Of a stretch of 64,000 nt of DNA, positions 14,249-23,066 are shown piece after piece. Positions within the stretch are counted from its first letter, which is position 1, and the number at the start of each line of letters is the position of its first letter. The position numbers and the translations under genes were made by a program. The DNA comes from Diadema antillarum (lineage: Eukaryota): positions 496,001-560,000 of the forward strand of contig NW_027270954.1 in assembly GCF_040938485.1 (NCBI RefSeq). Reading direction: 5' to 3'. Below the pieces are notes generated by a model. That model was not told the DNA's origin. It worked only from the letters and a program-made list of their open reading frames with translations, and made no database searches.

Positions 14249-14706
14249 ATACTTCATGGAGGGATGTCTTGTCAATCATCATTCGACAGACTACTACAAA
14301 ATCCTGTTTAAATGTGGATATGTCAAGAATATTTTCCACTAGTCAACGCATCATGGCATTGGAAGAATTTGAAAACGTGGAAATTGTCGAGCTAGAACCA
14401 GACGACTCATTCGAAGATTTCGTCAAGATTATACTTTCAAACTGTATTGGAAATGAGACACGAAAGAATGTACTGGAACGTGGAATGACAGCCGTTTGTT
14501 ATTTCTTGAAAATGTATATGCTTTCTAACCTGGAGGAACGATGTAAAGATGAACTGTTACTCTTGTTCACGAATGAACTGCGACGATATGATATACCATG
14601 GCCCTGTAAACCCCCCAAACGTAGTAAATTGCACCTGATAATGCACGTTATATTAGATGGGTTCTGTCAATTGTATACTGTGGATGTAAACAGAATAGCA
14701 ACTTAA
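13819..14706 (+). CDS. ORF2 of A: 295-aa protein overprinted on ORF1, unknown function
   Basis: The -1 frame stays open through ORF1. The C-terminal ~150 aa are homologous to B ORF2 (NCI, xCYF, RYxxxW, VDVNR). Confidence 0.7.
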   Translation: MLQGVSKNCGESRPTHADRVPYVGGIVQGTEQNPIELHRPVSVGRPTTESSTSGYVLGPSEGSQVLSSCSQGDVDESKTDGSMHVYGVHEISAQERDSGGSERETGKTGSSPRRTGRRCARRVPCYGGGERPVRQRHEDIIALDTSWRDVLSIIIRQTTTKSCLNVDMSRIFSTSQRIMALEEFENVEIVELEPDDSFEDFVKIILSNCIGNETRKNVLERGMTAVCYFLKMYMLSNLEERCKDELLLLFTNELRRYDIPWPCKPPKRSKLHLIMHVILDGFCQLYTVDVNRIAT

Positions 14707-14905
14707 TTGCATGTGTAAAACATTTATACGTATATTTCCGACAACTTGACTTTTTTATGTAGACTAGGTGATCAATAAACACATAGCATTAATGTACAAA
14801 CACTTGCTTTCTTCATCTTTTTATATTCAGTGTCTTTTAAATGAATGGGGTGAGTGACTTGCTGTTCATTGATGAGTTTTGTCAGAGGAGAGAGAAGACA
14901 GGAGC

Positions 14906-16006
14906 ATGGCGTCGTTAGACAACTTATTACGTAAAATCTATTACACGGCGTCAAACCAGGGAAGTTTTTGTGGAGCAACTAACTTGTGGAGAGCGGTTAG
15001 AGAACGAGGAATTGAGAATGTACCTCTTGAAACTATCAAAAGGTGGTTAGAAAAGCAAGACACGTACACACTGCATGCGCCTGCGAGAAAGAGGTTTGTG
15101 CGAAACAAAGTTGAGGTGAGAGGGGTCGACGAAATTTGGGAGGCTGATTTAGTCGATGTTCAGAACTTGAAAAAATATAACAATGGATACAGATACTTGT
15201 TAACTTGTATAGATGTGCTGTCAAAGTTCGCCTGGGTCGTCCCACTCAAAGATAAAACGGGGAAGAATATTGTTCAAGCTTTTCAGAAAATTACCAGTGG
15301 CGATCGCGTTCCCGAGATGTTACATACAGACAAGGGAAGTGAATTTATGAATAAAGAAGTCAAAAAATTCCTTAAGAATCGAGATATCCATTTCTTCACT
15401 ACGGAAAATGAAACAAAGGCATGTATTGTGGAAAGGTTTAACAGAACCTTAAAAGCACGAATGTGGCGGTATTTCACTTTTTCTAATTCATTCAAGTACA
15501 TAAACATTTTACAACAACTGGTCAAGGGGTACAATTCTACATTTCACACTAGCATTCGGATGAAACCGCTGGAAGTAAACATTGAAAATCAGCAACAAGC
15601 CTTGGATGCTCTGTACGGGGACAAACGTCACAGACGAAGAAATGTTATTCCCAAAGCGAAAAACTCTTTCCAATTCAAGATTGGGGATCAAGTTCGTATA
15701 AGTAGAAATAAATTGCGATTCGAAAAAGGATATGAAGCAAACTGGTCTGAGGAAATATTTACCGTCAGCGCTCGAAAGTCAAGGCGGATTCCAGTGTACA
15801 AACTAAAAGATTACAATGGAATTGAGTTAGACGGCACATTCTACCAAGACGAAATTGAAAAAGTGTCTAAAGCAAAGTATGAATTATATTCCGTTCAAAA
15901 AGTGTTAAAGACCCGAAAGAGAAAAGGAAAGAAACAATACCTAGTTCGGTGGAAGGGGTATGGCAAAGAATTTGACAGTTGGGTAGATCGGATTGAAAAT
16001 CGTTAA
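14906..16006 (+). CDS. INT: Retroviral-type (rve) integrase with C-terminal chromodomain, element A
   Basis: DDE motifs WEADLVD, LHTDKGSEF and VERFNRTL. Chromodomain YLVRWKGYGKEFDSW. Confidence 0.95.
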   Translation: MASLDNLLRKIYYTASNQGSFCGATNLWRAVRERGIENVPLETIKRWLEKQDTYTLHAPARKRFVRNKVEVRGVDEIWEADLVDVQNLKKYNNGYRYLLTCIDVLSKFAWVVPLKDKTGKNIVQAFQKITSGDRVPEMLHTDKGSEFMNKEVKKFLKNRDIHFFTTENETKACIVERFNRTLKARMWRYFTFSNSFKYINILQQLVKGYNSTFHTSIRMKPLEVNIENQQQALDALYGDKRHRRRNVIPKAKNSFQFKIGDQVRISRNKLRFEKGYEANWSEEIFTVSARKSRRIPVYKLKDYNGIELDGTFYQDEIEKVSKAKYELYSVQKVLKTRKRKGKKQYLVRWKGYGKEFDSWVDRIENR

Positions 16007-16068
16007 AAGTTAAAAGTTTCGCATACAGCCCTCATTCTCTCTATTGCGAGTGAAAAAGGAAGGTTGAC

Positions 16069-16845
16069 ATGGGTTCGCAATTTTACATTACTCTACCGAG
16101 TAATAGCTCAATGAAATATTTTCCGGAGAACAAGACATGCAGATATTCAACTAAATTGCACAGACCACTTACTCTAAATGAAGACTACGAGGTAGGGTTA
16201 GCTGAAATACAGTTTCAAAATTCATGGTACAACGTGAGAGAGGACAACAATTGGTTAGAGATTGTTACTTTCGACGAGAGTGACGGAACAGACACAGCCG
16301 TCCCACTGTCGTTCCGAGTAAACATACCAACTGGATACTACTTCACTGGTGACGAGCTGTGTGATGCGATAAATGATGTTTTGCCAGACCGACTTCAAAG
16401 AAATGTTGAATTTCATTACAAGAAGAAATCAAGACGCTGTAAAGTCGAAATACGAGAACACTTAGAAATATTGATGTCATGTCATCTGGCTATGATATTG
16501 GGTTTTGAACGTGAATGCCGAATCACTGAAACAACGATGAGTCCGTTACCAGTAGATGTCCATATGAATTTTCATACATTTTATGTCTACTCTGACATTG
16601 TTCAGTTTCAACATGTGGGTGATGTAGCTGTTCCCCTTTTGAGAACAGTCGCGGTGGTACCCAATAAGAGGCATGAAAATATTGTCAACACTTACGCCTC
16701 TCCACACTACGTTCCTCTGAAAATTTTCAGTTTTGAGACTATTGACATTATATTAACTACTGAAACGGGTAATGTTGTTCCATTTGAACGCGGGAAAGTC
16801 ATAGTGAAACTACACTTTCGTGAGCGCTCTTCGAATCTATCTTGA
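16069..16845 (+). CDS. Minor capsid (penton-like) protein, element A
   Basis: FYITLPSNSS N-terminus, YEVGLAEIQF, FYVYSDIV...PLLR and GKVIVKLHFR, typical of Polinton minor capsid proteins. Usual position upstream of the MCP. Confidence 0.85.
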   Translation: MGSQFYITLPSNSSMKYFPENKTCRYSTKLHRPLTLNEDYEVGLAEIQFQNSWYNVREDNNWLEIVTFDESDGTDTAVPLSFRVNIPTGYYFTGDELCDAINDVLPDRLQRNVEFHYKKKSRRCKVEIREHLEILMSCHLAMILGFERECRITETTMSPLPVDVHMNFHTFYVYSDIVQFQHVGDVAVPLLRTVAVVPNKRHENIVNTYASPHYVPLKIFSFETIDIILTTETGNVVPFERGKVIVKLHFRERSSNLS

Positions 16846-16847
16846 GA

Positions 16848-17294
16848 ATGGTGTATGTTAGATCATTTGGAAGAAGTGTCAATCATTTGTCTAGACCCTT
16901 CCATTCATATCAACGTGGTATGGGTATTCCCGTCTATAAAGGAGCTGCGATACAGCGAGGTCATGGACTGGGAAGTTTAGTAAAAGGCTTATTTCGTTCC
17001 GCTACCCCATTACTAAAAAAAGGAGCAATGGCGTTGGGACGAGAAGCTATGACAACGGGAATGAATATAATGCAAGACACATTAAGCGGTCAATCGTTTA
17101 AAAAAGCTGCTAAAAGAAATGTTTCAAAAGCAGGCAAGAGAATGGCTCACAAGGCTCTAAATGGTGTAAGAAGGAAGGTACAGAGCGGAGGAGGTAAATT
17201 TATTTTGGTTAAAAAGAAGCAACGAGGTCGGAAACGTGTCATTCGAGTTAAAGGAACCCGTGCGAAAAGACGTCGTCTTGATATTTTCGATTAA
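16848..17294 (+). CDS. Basic core/cement-like protein, element A
   Basis: QRGHG-LGSLVKGLFR amphipathic segment, K/R-rich C-terminus ending RRRLDIFD. Homologous to B 29272-29712. Confidence 0.8.
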   Translation: MVYVRSFGRSVNHLSRPFHSYQRGMGIPVYKGAAIQRGHGLGSLVKGLFRSATPLLKKGAMALGREAMTTGMNIMQDTLSGQSFKKAAKRNVSKAGKRMAHKALNGVRRKVQSGGGKFILVKKKQRGRKRVIRVKGTRAKRRRLDIFD

Positions 17295-17330
17295 ACCACG
17301 CCTATATCCTTCGTGTAATAAGCAATCATC

Positions 17331-17855
17331 ATGTCTCTGCTTCACGAGAAGAGCGACGCCTGCTGCAAGTCAGAATTGGACATTTTTTCTGTACCATTCA
17401 CGCAGATGAGCATCGTGAAAGGACCGTGGGTGGAATATCACCCAGTAAGCAACATCACCGACTCCGGCCCCATCGAATTTAATATCGCCGGTACTGCTGA
17501 AGAATATGTGGATTTGTCACAAACCATGCTCCATGTACAAGCAAAAGTAGTGAACCCAGATGGAACCAATCTAGCGAACGATGCGCAAGTTGGACCAGTC
17601 AATCTGTTCCTGCCTTCACTGTTTAGTCAGGTAGACGTGAAACTGAATGAAACTTTAGTGTCACAGCCATCAAACACAAATGCATACAGAGCGTACTTGG
17701 ACGTGATAACTCACTACGGACCCGATGCATTGTCTTCTCAGATTACTCAACAACTTTTCTACAAGGACACTGCTGGACATATGGATGTTGGGAACCCTTT
17801 TGCAACAGGAGGAGATGCTAATTTAGGACTGAAGAAAAGACAGACGTTCATCGGC
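17331..17855 (+). pseudogene. MCP: Major capsid protein of A, 5' part (interrupted by element B)
   Basis: KSELDIFSVP, VEYHP and LFLPSLFSQVDV match B's MCP. The frame runs into B's terminus after the TSD ATCGGC. Confidence 0.93.
17850..17855 (+). repeat. Left 6-bp TSD of Maverick B (ATCGGC)
   Basis: Repeated at 33921-33926. Removing B plus one TSD copy gives ...QTFIGTSKPVSLIGPIYGDIFFQER, colinear with B's MCP (HGFIVESKLLSLLGPIYADIFFQER). Confidence 0.95.
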
Positions 17856-18440
17856 AGTAGTAGTATAGGTGTACGTATAGCGTCATAAAAATATGATTCA
17901 TATTTCTATTGTTCTAGAACAAAAGAAATATGAAAAGACAAAAGAATTATGAATTATGAAATATGGATTATGATATGATTTATGATAAAAAGAAGGATTA
18001 TGGCATGATTTATGATAAAAATATGGATTATGATATGATTTATGATGAAAAGATGGATTATGATATGGATTATGATAAATCGATGAATTATGATAATAGA
18101 TATGAATTATGGATATTTGCATAACAATAGAAATAGGAAAGAACAAAAGAATGTATGAAATATGAAAAATGAAAGATGAATATTCATGAGATATGAATTA
18201 TAGATATTGACGATGGATGATGATTATGAAATATGAATATTTATGGATCGATATGAAATATGAAGAATGAATTATGAAAAATATGCTATTGTTTTAAGAA
18301 TCCGCGTCATTGTTTCATCATATTCTTTTGTTCTCACATCGAGAGATATTTTCGAATGCAATGGTCGAAATGGTCATAATGACGATTGCAATCGTATGCA
18401 TGACATTTGTTTGATTTGATGACGTCACTCCGACAAGTTC

Positions 18441-18875
18441 GGACCTGTCCTCTGACCGACGCTCGCCCGATCGAAAACAAAAGAACTTTAAAAAACGAAG
18501 AAATACATAAAAATGGGGGCGTGTCCTCTGACCGACGCTTGCGCAATGCTTGCGCAATCGAAGACAAAAGTCAGGGCGTGTCCACTGACCAACGCTCGGG
18601 GACTTAAAGACAAAAGACTGGAAAAACAAAGAAATACATAAGACTGGACCTCAAGTTCACGATAAGTTCGGACTTGTCCTCAGACCGACGCTCGCACACT
18701 CAAAGACAAAAGACTAGAAAAACAAAGAAATACATAAGACTGGACCTCAAGTTCACGATAAGTTCGGACTTGTCCTCTGACCCACGCTTGTACGCGAGCG
18801 AAGACAAAAGAATTTTTAAATAAAGAAATACATAAACTGGACCTGGAGCCAGTGACGGGTTCGGACTCGTCCTGC
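18441..18875 (+). repeat. Subterminal repeat cluster of B (GTCCTCTGACCGACGCT x5; AAGAAATACATAA x4)
   Basis: Visible imperfect units. Mirrored at ~32905-33340. Confidence 0.8.
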
Positions 18876-18887
18876 ATAAAACAATAA

Positions 18888-19925
18888 ATGCCTCATACAT
18901 ATTCAAAGAGATGGTGGCGTCCTTTGGAAAGCAAAAGAATAAAAACTCGAAGAACATGCGAGAGGGACACATTTCAATTTGAAACCTTCCGAGAGCATCA
19001 CATGTTACAGAATGTCTCAGCCGAACATCGCCAACACCTGGTGTCCCGAAATGCAGAGGACGGTGGAGAAGGTGGACTTGCTGATGTTGACGGAGTATCT
19101 AACTCTCATCGAAGTCTTGAAACGGGTGCAAAACGTGCCAGATTCTCCAATAGACGGTACTCCCGAAGATCCACAGCGCAAAGTGTTCCAGGCGGTTCAT
19201 CATTTGGACCCAATGACTGTGGAGAGAGTGTACCCTTACGTTGGCAGGGTGCTCTGGATGAGACCAGATCTCGTCGAGTGCGGTTTTTTCCTGGAGTACA
19301 TCAAATTTATTCTGAGGGGAGAGACTCAACAACAGCTGGAACAAAGAAGAGTCAACATAGGGAGACACGTGGAGGGGATAGAGGCCGCTGTGAGAGTGGT
19401 CTACAGGGCCTTGGGGCTCGAGACCGGCCTGCCCGACATTGTCTTGACGGACCCTCAGTGGAACGTGCTTTAGACGAACGACTGCTATTAACGGTGATAA
19501 AGGACACATTTCCTTCCGACTTTCACGCCGTAGACACCGAGACAATCTTACGCGCATGTCGGACAATTGCAAGCGAGGAACAATTTTCCCGTGTGCGACG
19601 AATCAAGCTTCGAGGCAATGAGAGGTTCGACGATTGTATAGAGGCCCTGCTCAAAAATTGTATAGAGAACCCCAATCATCCCAACAAGTACAAACGTTCG
19701 CTGATGGCTCTATGCTATTTTGTCAACATCTACCAATATGCCTGCATACCGGACGAGCGGAAAGAGGAATTTCGCGCGCAATTCGTGGAAGGACTCAAAC
19801 GCTACAAAGTGCGCTGGTCGGAACACGCTCCGAAAATGACTGTTGGACTAATGTCGCGATACGTTTTACATTTTTGTCTGTATATGTTGTATAATGTATG
19901 GAATGTAGATGTTAATAGAATGTGA
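18888..19925 (+). CDS. ORF2 of B (left-arm copy), overprinted on ORF1
   Basis: Open frame across ORF1. C-terminus homologous to A ORF2. The start may be the ATG at 18888 or at 19002. Confidence 0.7.
   Translation: MPHTYSKRWWRPLESKRIKTRRTCERDTFQFETFREHHMLQNVSAEHRQHLVSRNAEDGGEGGLADVDGVSNSHRSLETGAKRARFSNRRYSRRSTAQSVPGGSSFGPNDCGESVPLRWQGALDETRSRRVRFFPGVHQIYSEGRDSTTAGTKKSQHRETRGGDRGRCESGLQGLGARDRPARHCLDGPSVERALDERLLLTVIKDTFPSDFHAVDTETILRACRTIASEEQFSRVRRIKLRGNERFDDCIEALLKNCIENPNHPNKYKRSLMALCYFVNIYQYACIPDERKEEFRAQFVEGLKRYKVRWSEHAPKMTVGLMSRYVLHFCLYMLYNVWNVDVNRM
19012..19473 (+). CDS. ORF1 of B (left-arm copy), 153 aa
   Basis: The ATG at 19012 gives the same length as A ORF1, with clear homology. 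Confidence 0.8.
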   Translation: MSQPNIANTWCPEMQRTVEKVDLLMLTEYLTLIEVLKRVQNVPDSPIDGTPEDPQRKVFQAVHHLDPMTVERVYPYVGRVLWMRPDLVECGFFLEYIKFILRGETQQQLEQRRVNIGRHVEGIEAAVRVVYRALGLETGLPDIVLTDPQWNVL

Positions 19926-20112
19926 ATTGATTCAAGCAACGAAATTCGCTGCACTGTGTGTATGCGTGTACAATAAATGATGCGTTTCATTTTCAAATGA
20001 TTTTTTTTACTCGTTACCTTGTCTATCATTGATGCCTTTTATGTCATTGCAACGTGAAAGGAATGCCATTTCTGATGTTTGCTTCTGCAGTGTGTGGTTG
20101 CTGAGACGAATA

Positions 20113-21204
20113 ATGTCTAATTCATTTGAGAGAGCGTTAGAGGAAATCTATTACGATCCTCAACATCCAGCTAGTTTCGGTGGTGTCAGTAAGTTGTGGA
20201 ATGCGGTGAGAGAGGTGGAAACTGAAAAAGCGAGCTTGCAGGGTGTCAGAGACTGGTTAACGAAACAAGATGCGTATACAATGCACGCACCGGCGAGAAA
20301 GACATTTAAGAGAAATGTTGTGAAAGTGAGAGGAATCGACGAAATCTGGGAGGCTGATCTTGTAGATGTTCAAAATTTGAAAAGGTTTAATAATGGTTAT
20401 CGCTACTTACTGACGTGTATAGATGTACTGTCGAAATATGCTTGGGTGGTTCCTTTAAAAAACAAAAAATCAAAAGACATTGTCGGGGCATTCGAAAGCA
20501 TCTTGAAAGAGGGCCGAGTGCCTGTAATGCTACATACAGACAAAGGTTCGGAATTCACAAACAGACATTTTCAGAAATATCTCGAGAAAGAAGGCATTCA
20601 CTTCTACACAACAGAAAATGAAACCAAAGCCAGCGTTGCTGAACGATTCAATAGAACGCTGCGAACAAAAATGTGGCGCTTCTTCACATTCAAAAACACT
20701 TACAGGTATCTCGGTGTAATAAAAGATTTTGTCAAAGGCTATAACAACACCATTCATTCTAGTATCGGCATGAAACCAAAAGACGTGAATATTGAGAATC
20801 AAAAGCGTGCCATAAAAAGTCTCTACGGTAGGGCAATGCGAGGGAAGAAGCGTAAAGCTCCACGATTCAAGTATGAAATCGGAGATCAAGTTCGTATTAG
20901 TAAAAGCAAACTAAAGTTCGAAAAGGGTTACGAAGCAAATTTTTCGAGGGAGGTCTTTACAATCAGCTCCCGCGTCAATAGGAGGGTACCTGTCTACAGA
21001 ATAAAGGATTACAACGGGGAACGAGTGAAGGGTACGTTCTATGAAAGGGAATTGATAAGAGTTTCGAAAGACAAGGAGACTACTTACAACGTGGACAAGG
21101 TTTTACGCACGCGCATGCGCAATGGGCAGAAAGAATACCTAGTTCGTTGGTCAGGGTATGGCAAAGAATTTGATAGTTGGGTTCGACACTTAACTCCGCG
21201 TTAA
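20113..21204 (+). CDS. INT: rve integrase with chromodomain, B left-arm duplicate
   Basis: Intact DDE motifs and chromodomain. Nearly identical to 30577-31668. Confidence 0.95.
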   Translation: MSNSFERALEEIYYDPQHPASFGGVSKLWNAVREVETEKASLQGVRDWLTKQDAYTMHAPARKTFKRNVVKVRGIDEIWEADLVDVQNLKRFNNGYRYLLTCIDVLSKYAWVVPLKNKKSKDIVGAFESILKEGRVPVMLHTDKGSEFTNRHFQKYLEKEGIHFYTTENETKASVAERFNRTLRTKMWRFFTFKNTYRYLGVIKDFVKGYNNTIHSSIGMKPKDVNIENQKRAIKSLYGRAMRGKKRKAPRFKYEIGDQVRISKSKLKFEKGYEANFSREVFTISSRVNRRVPVYRIKDYNGERVKGTFYERELIRVSKDKETTYNVDKVLRTRMRNGQKEYLVRWSGYGKEFDSWVRHLTPR

Positions 21205-21271
21205 AAACACGATTCACGTTACTCTCGTTATCATTCTTCGCTTTGAACAAAGGAGAAGAGGCTGATCGAAC

Positions 21272-21365
21272 ATGGCTTCTCAATTTTACGTGACGCTGCC
21301 CAGTAATAGTTCCATGTCGTACTATCCAAATAACAAAACGTGTCAGTTTACAACGCGGCTTCACG
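21272..21365 (+). pseudogene. Truncated duplicate of the minor capsid 5' end (31 codons)
   Basis: MASQFYVTLPSNSS...TRLH, then a junction into polB sequence and a stop after 3 more codons. Confidence 0.9.
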
Positions 21366-22954
21366 AACTACCTTAAGCCCAAGACAATCGCGCTCATTCC
21401 CCAGGAAGGGTATGGAAAGGGGAAAAGACAGTCCTCCTTAGCCGGAGAGTGGCTTCATTTTGAGGCACAGCTTTCAGGATTTCACATTCGACATAGTTTC
21501 AATGGTGGGGAAAGAAAAGCACACGGACGTTTCGTAGATGGCTATGCCGAAAAAGATGATGAAAAACATGTTTGGGAGTTTCTCGGGTGCTTTTATCATT
21601 CTATGGCGGGAGAACTGGAGGGTGTTCGCTCTTCTACGAGGCGAAGCCCGAAGAAAAAATCCTTTACTATGATTTCACCAGTCTTTATCCCTTTATCAAT
21701 AAGTTCGGCAAATATCCTGTCGGCCATCCCAGAATTATCTATTCTAACTTCCCTTCACTGTCTCGAATTTTTGGACTCGTCAAATGTAAAATATTACCTC
21801 CTAGACGTCTGTTTCATCCAGTGCTCCCCCATCGCTCAGGGGGTAAACTTACTTTCCCTCTATGCAGGACCTGTGCAGACACCTTGAATCAGGGGCCCTG
21901 CAAGCACGCAGATAGGGAGCGTGAGTTAGAAGGCGTGTGGGTATCGGAGGAACTGAAAAAAGCTGTAGAGATGGGGTATACACAACTCCGAATGATCGAA
22001 GTATGGCACTTTGACAGGTATACAGTGTACGATCCCAAAACAAGAACGGGAGGACTGTTTGCGCAGTATATAGACAGCTTTATGAAAATGAAGCAGGAAG
22101 CCTCAGGCTACCCCGCCCATGCCAGTACTGAAGAAGAACGTGAAAAATACATTCGAGATTATTTGGCCCATGAGGGAATTCAATTAGACTCTAAAAACAT
22201 CGCGAAAAACCCCGGTTTACGCGCCATTGCCAAGGGCATTGTTAATGTGTTGTGGGGGAAATTTGCTGAGAGACCAAATCTGAAACAAACGCGCTTTGTC
22301 AAAACCAGCGCTGAGTTGTTAGATTTCTTAAAGGATCGCACTATCGAATTACAAGACATTCTCGTTCTAAACGACGACATGGTAGAAATTCATTTCAATC
22401 AAGCCGAAGGCTTCGTGGACCACAACGTCAACACAAATATCATAATAGCCAGTTTCACGACGGCATTGGCGCGACTGAAATTGTATTCTGTCTTGCAGAG
22501 GCTGAACGATAGGGTCTTGTATTACGACACTGATAGTGTAGTCTTTAGAACAGACCCAACAGTACAACATCACGACCCCAAAACCGGCGATTTCGTTGGT
22601 GACTTGACGGATGAACTTGGTGAAGGCGAGTTCATTCAAACCTGGCTTTGCGGTGGTCCTAAGAACTATAGTTATCGCACCAACAAAGGCAACACCGTGT
22701 GTAAGGTGCGTGGATTTACCTTGAACGAGGCAAACTCCCTCGTTATAAACCATGACTCTATGCGCGAATTGATACAAGGTGAACCGGGATGTCTGAAGAC
22801 TATTGTGGAAAATAGAATTCTCAGAGACGTAAAAAGCAAGTCCGTGTACACTTCCGAGAGAAAAAAAGACTACAGGGTAGTCTTCACGAAACGAGTTAGA
22901 TTACCAGGTGGCACGACACTGCCTTATGGACACGCGGACATTCCTCGCTTATAA
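21366..22954 (+). pseudogene. pPolB: 5'-truncated, internally deleted pPolB of B
   Basis: 21366-21599 reads NYLKPKTIALIP...VDGY...EFLGCFYH. A frame-shifting deletion then leads to SFYGGRTGG...YYDFTSLYP...YYDTDS. No TP or exonuclease domains. Confidence 0.92.
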
Positions 22955-23066
22955 AGACCTCAATGTGTCTAATTGCCAATCATTCGCTGTTTATACATTG
23001 TCGCAGAAGGTGGTACTTTCTCATCAGCTCTGTACCTACCGCTGGCATTGTCGTTGCTAGGAAATC

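Larger units (their letters stand above)
17856..21365 (+). repeat. Left inverted arm of B (~3.5 kb)
   Basis: Reverse complement of 30416-33920. Identity ends at ...GCGGCTTCACG within the duplicated minor capsid start. Confidence 0.95.

Noticed and set aside
19465-19475. prfB-like +1 frameshift at CTT TAG
   Set aside because: ORF2 is in the -1 frame relative to ORF1, not +1.
19099-19572. 157-aa antisense ORF (mirror copy at 32208-32681), and other antisense ORFs over MCP, polB and integrase
   Set aside because: Shadow frames of real genes, not conserved between A and B.
17856-21365. Fold-back assembly artefact as the explanation for B's arms
   Set aside because: The arms differ at many positions, both ends carry the same TSD, and excision restores A's MCP exactly. 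Read-level confirmation is still advisable.
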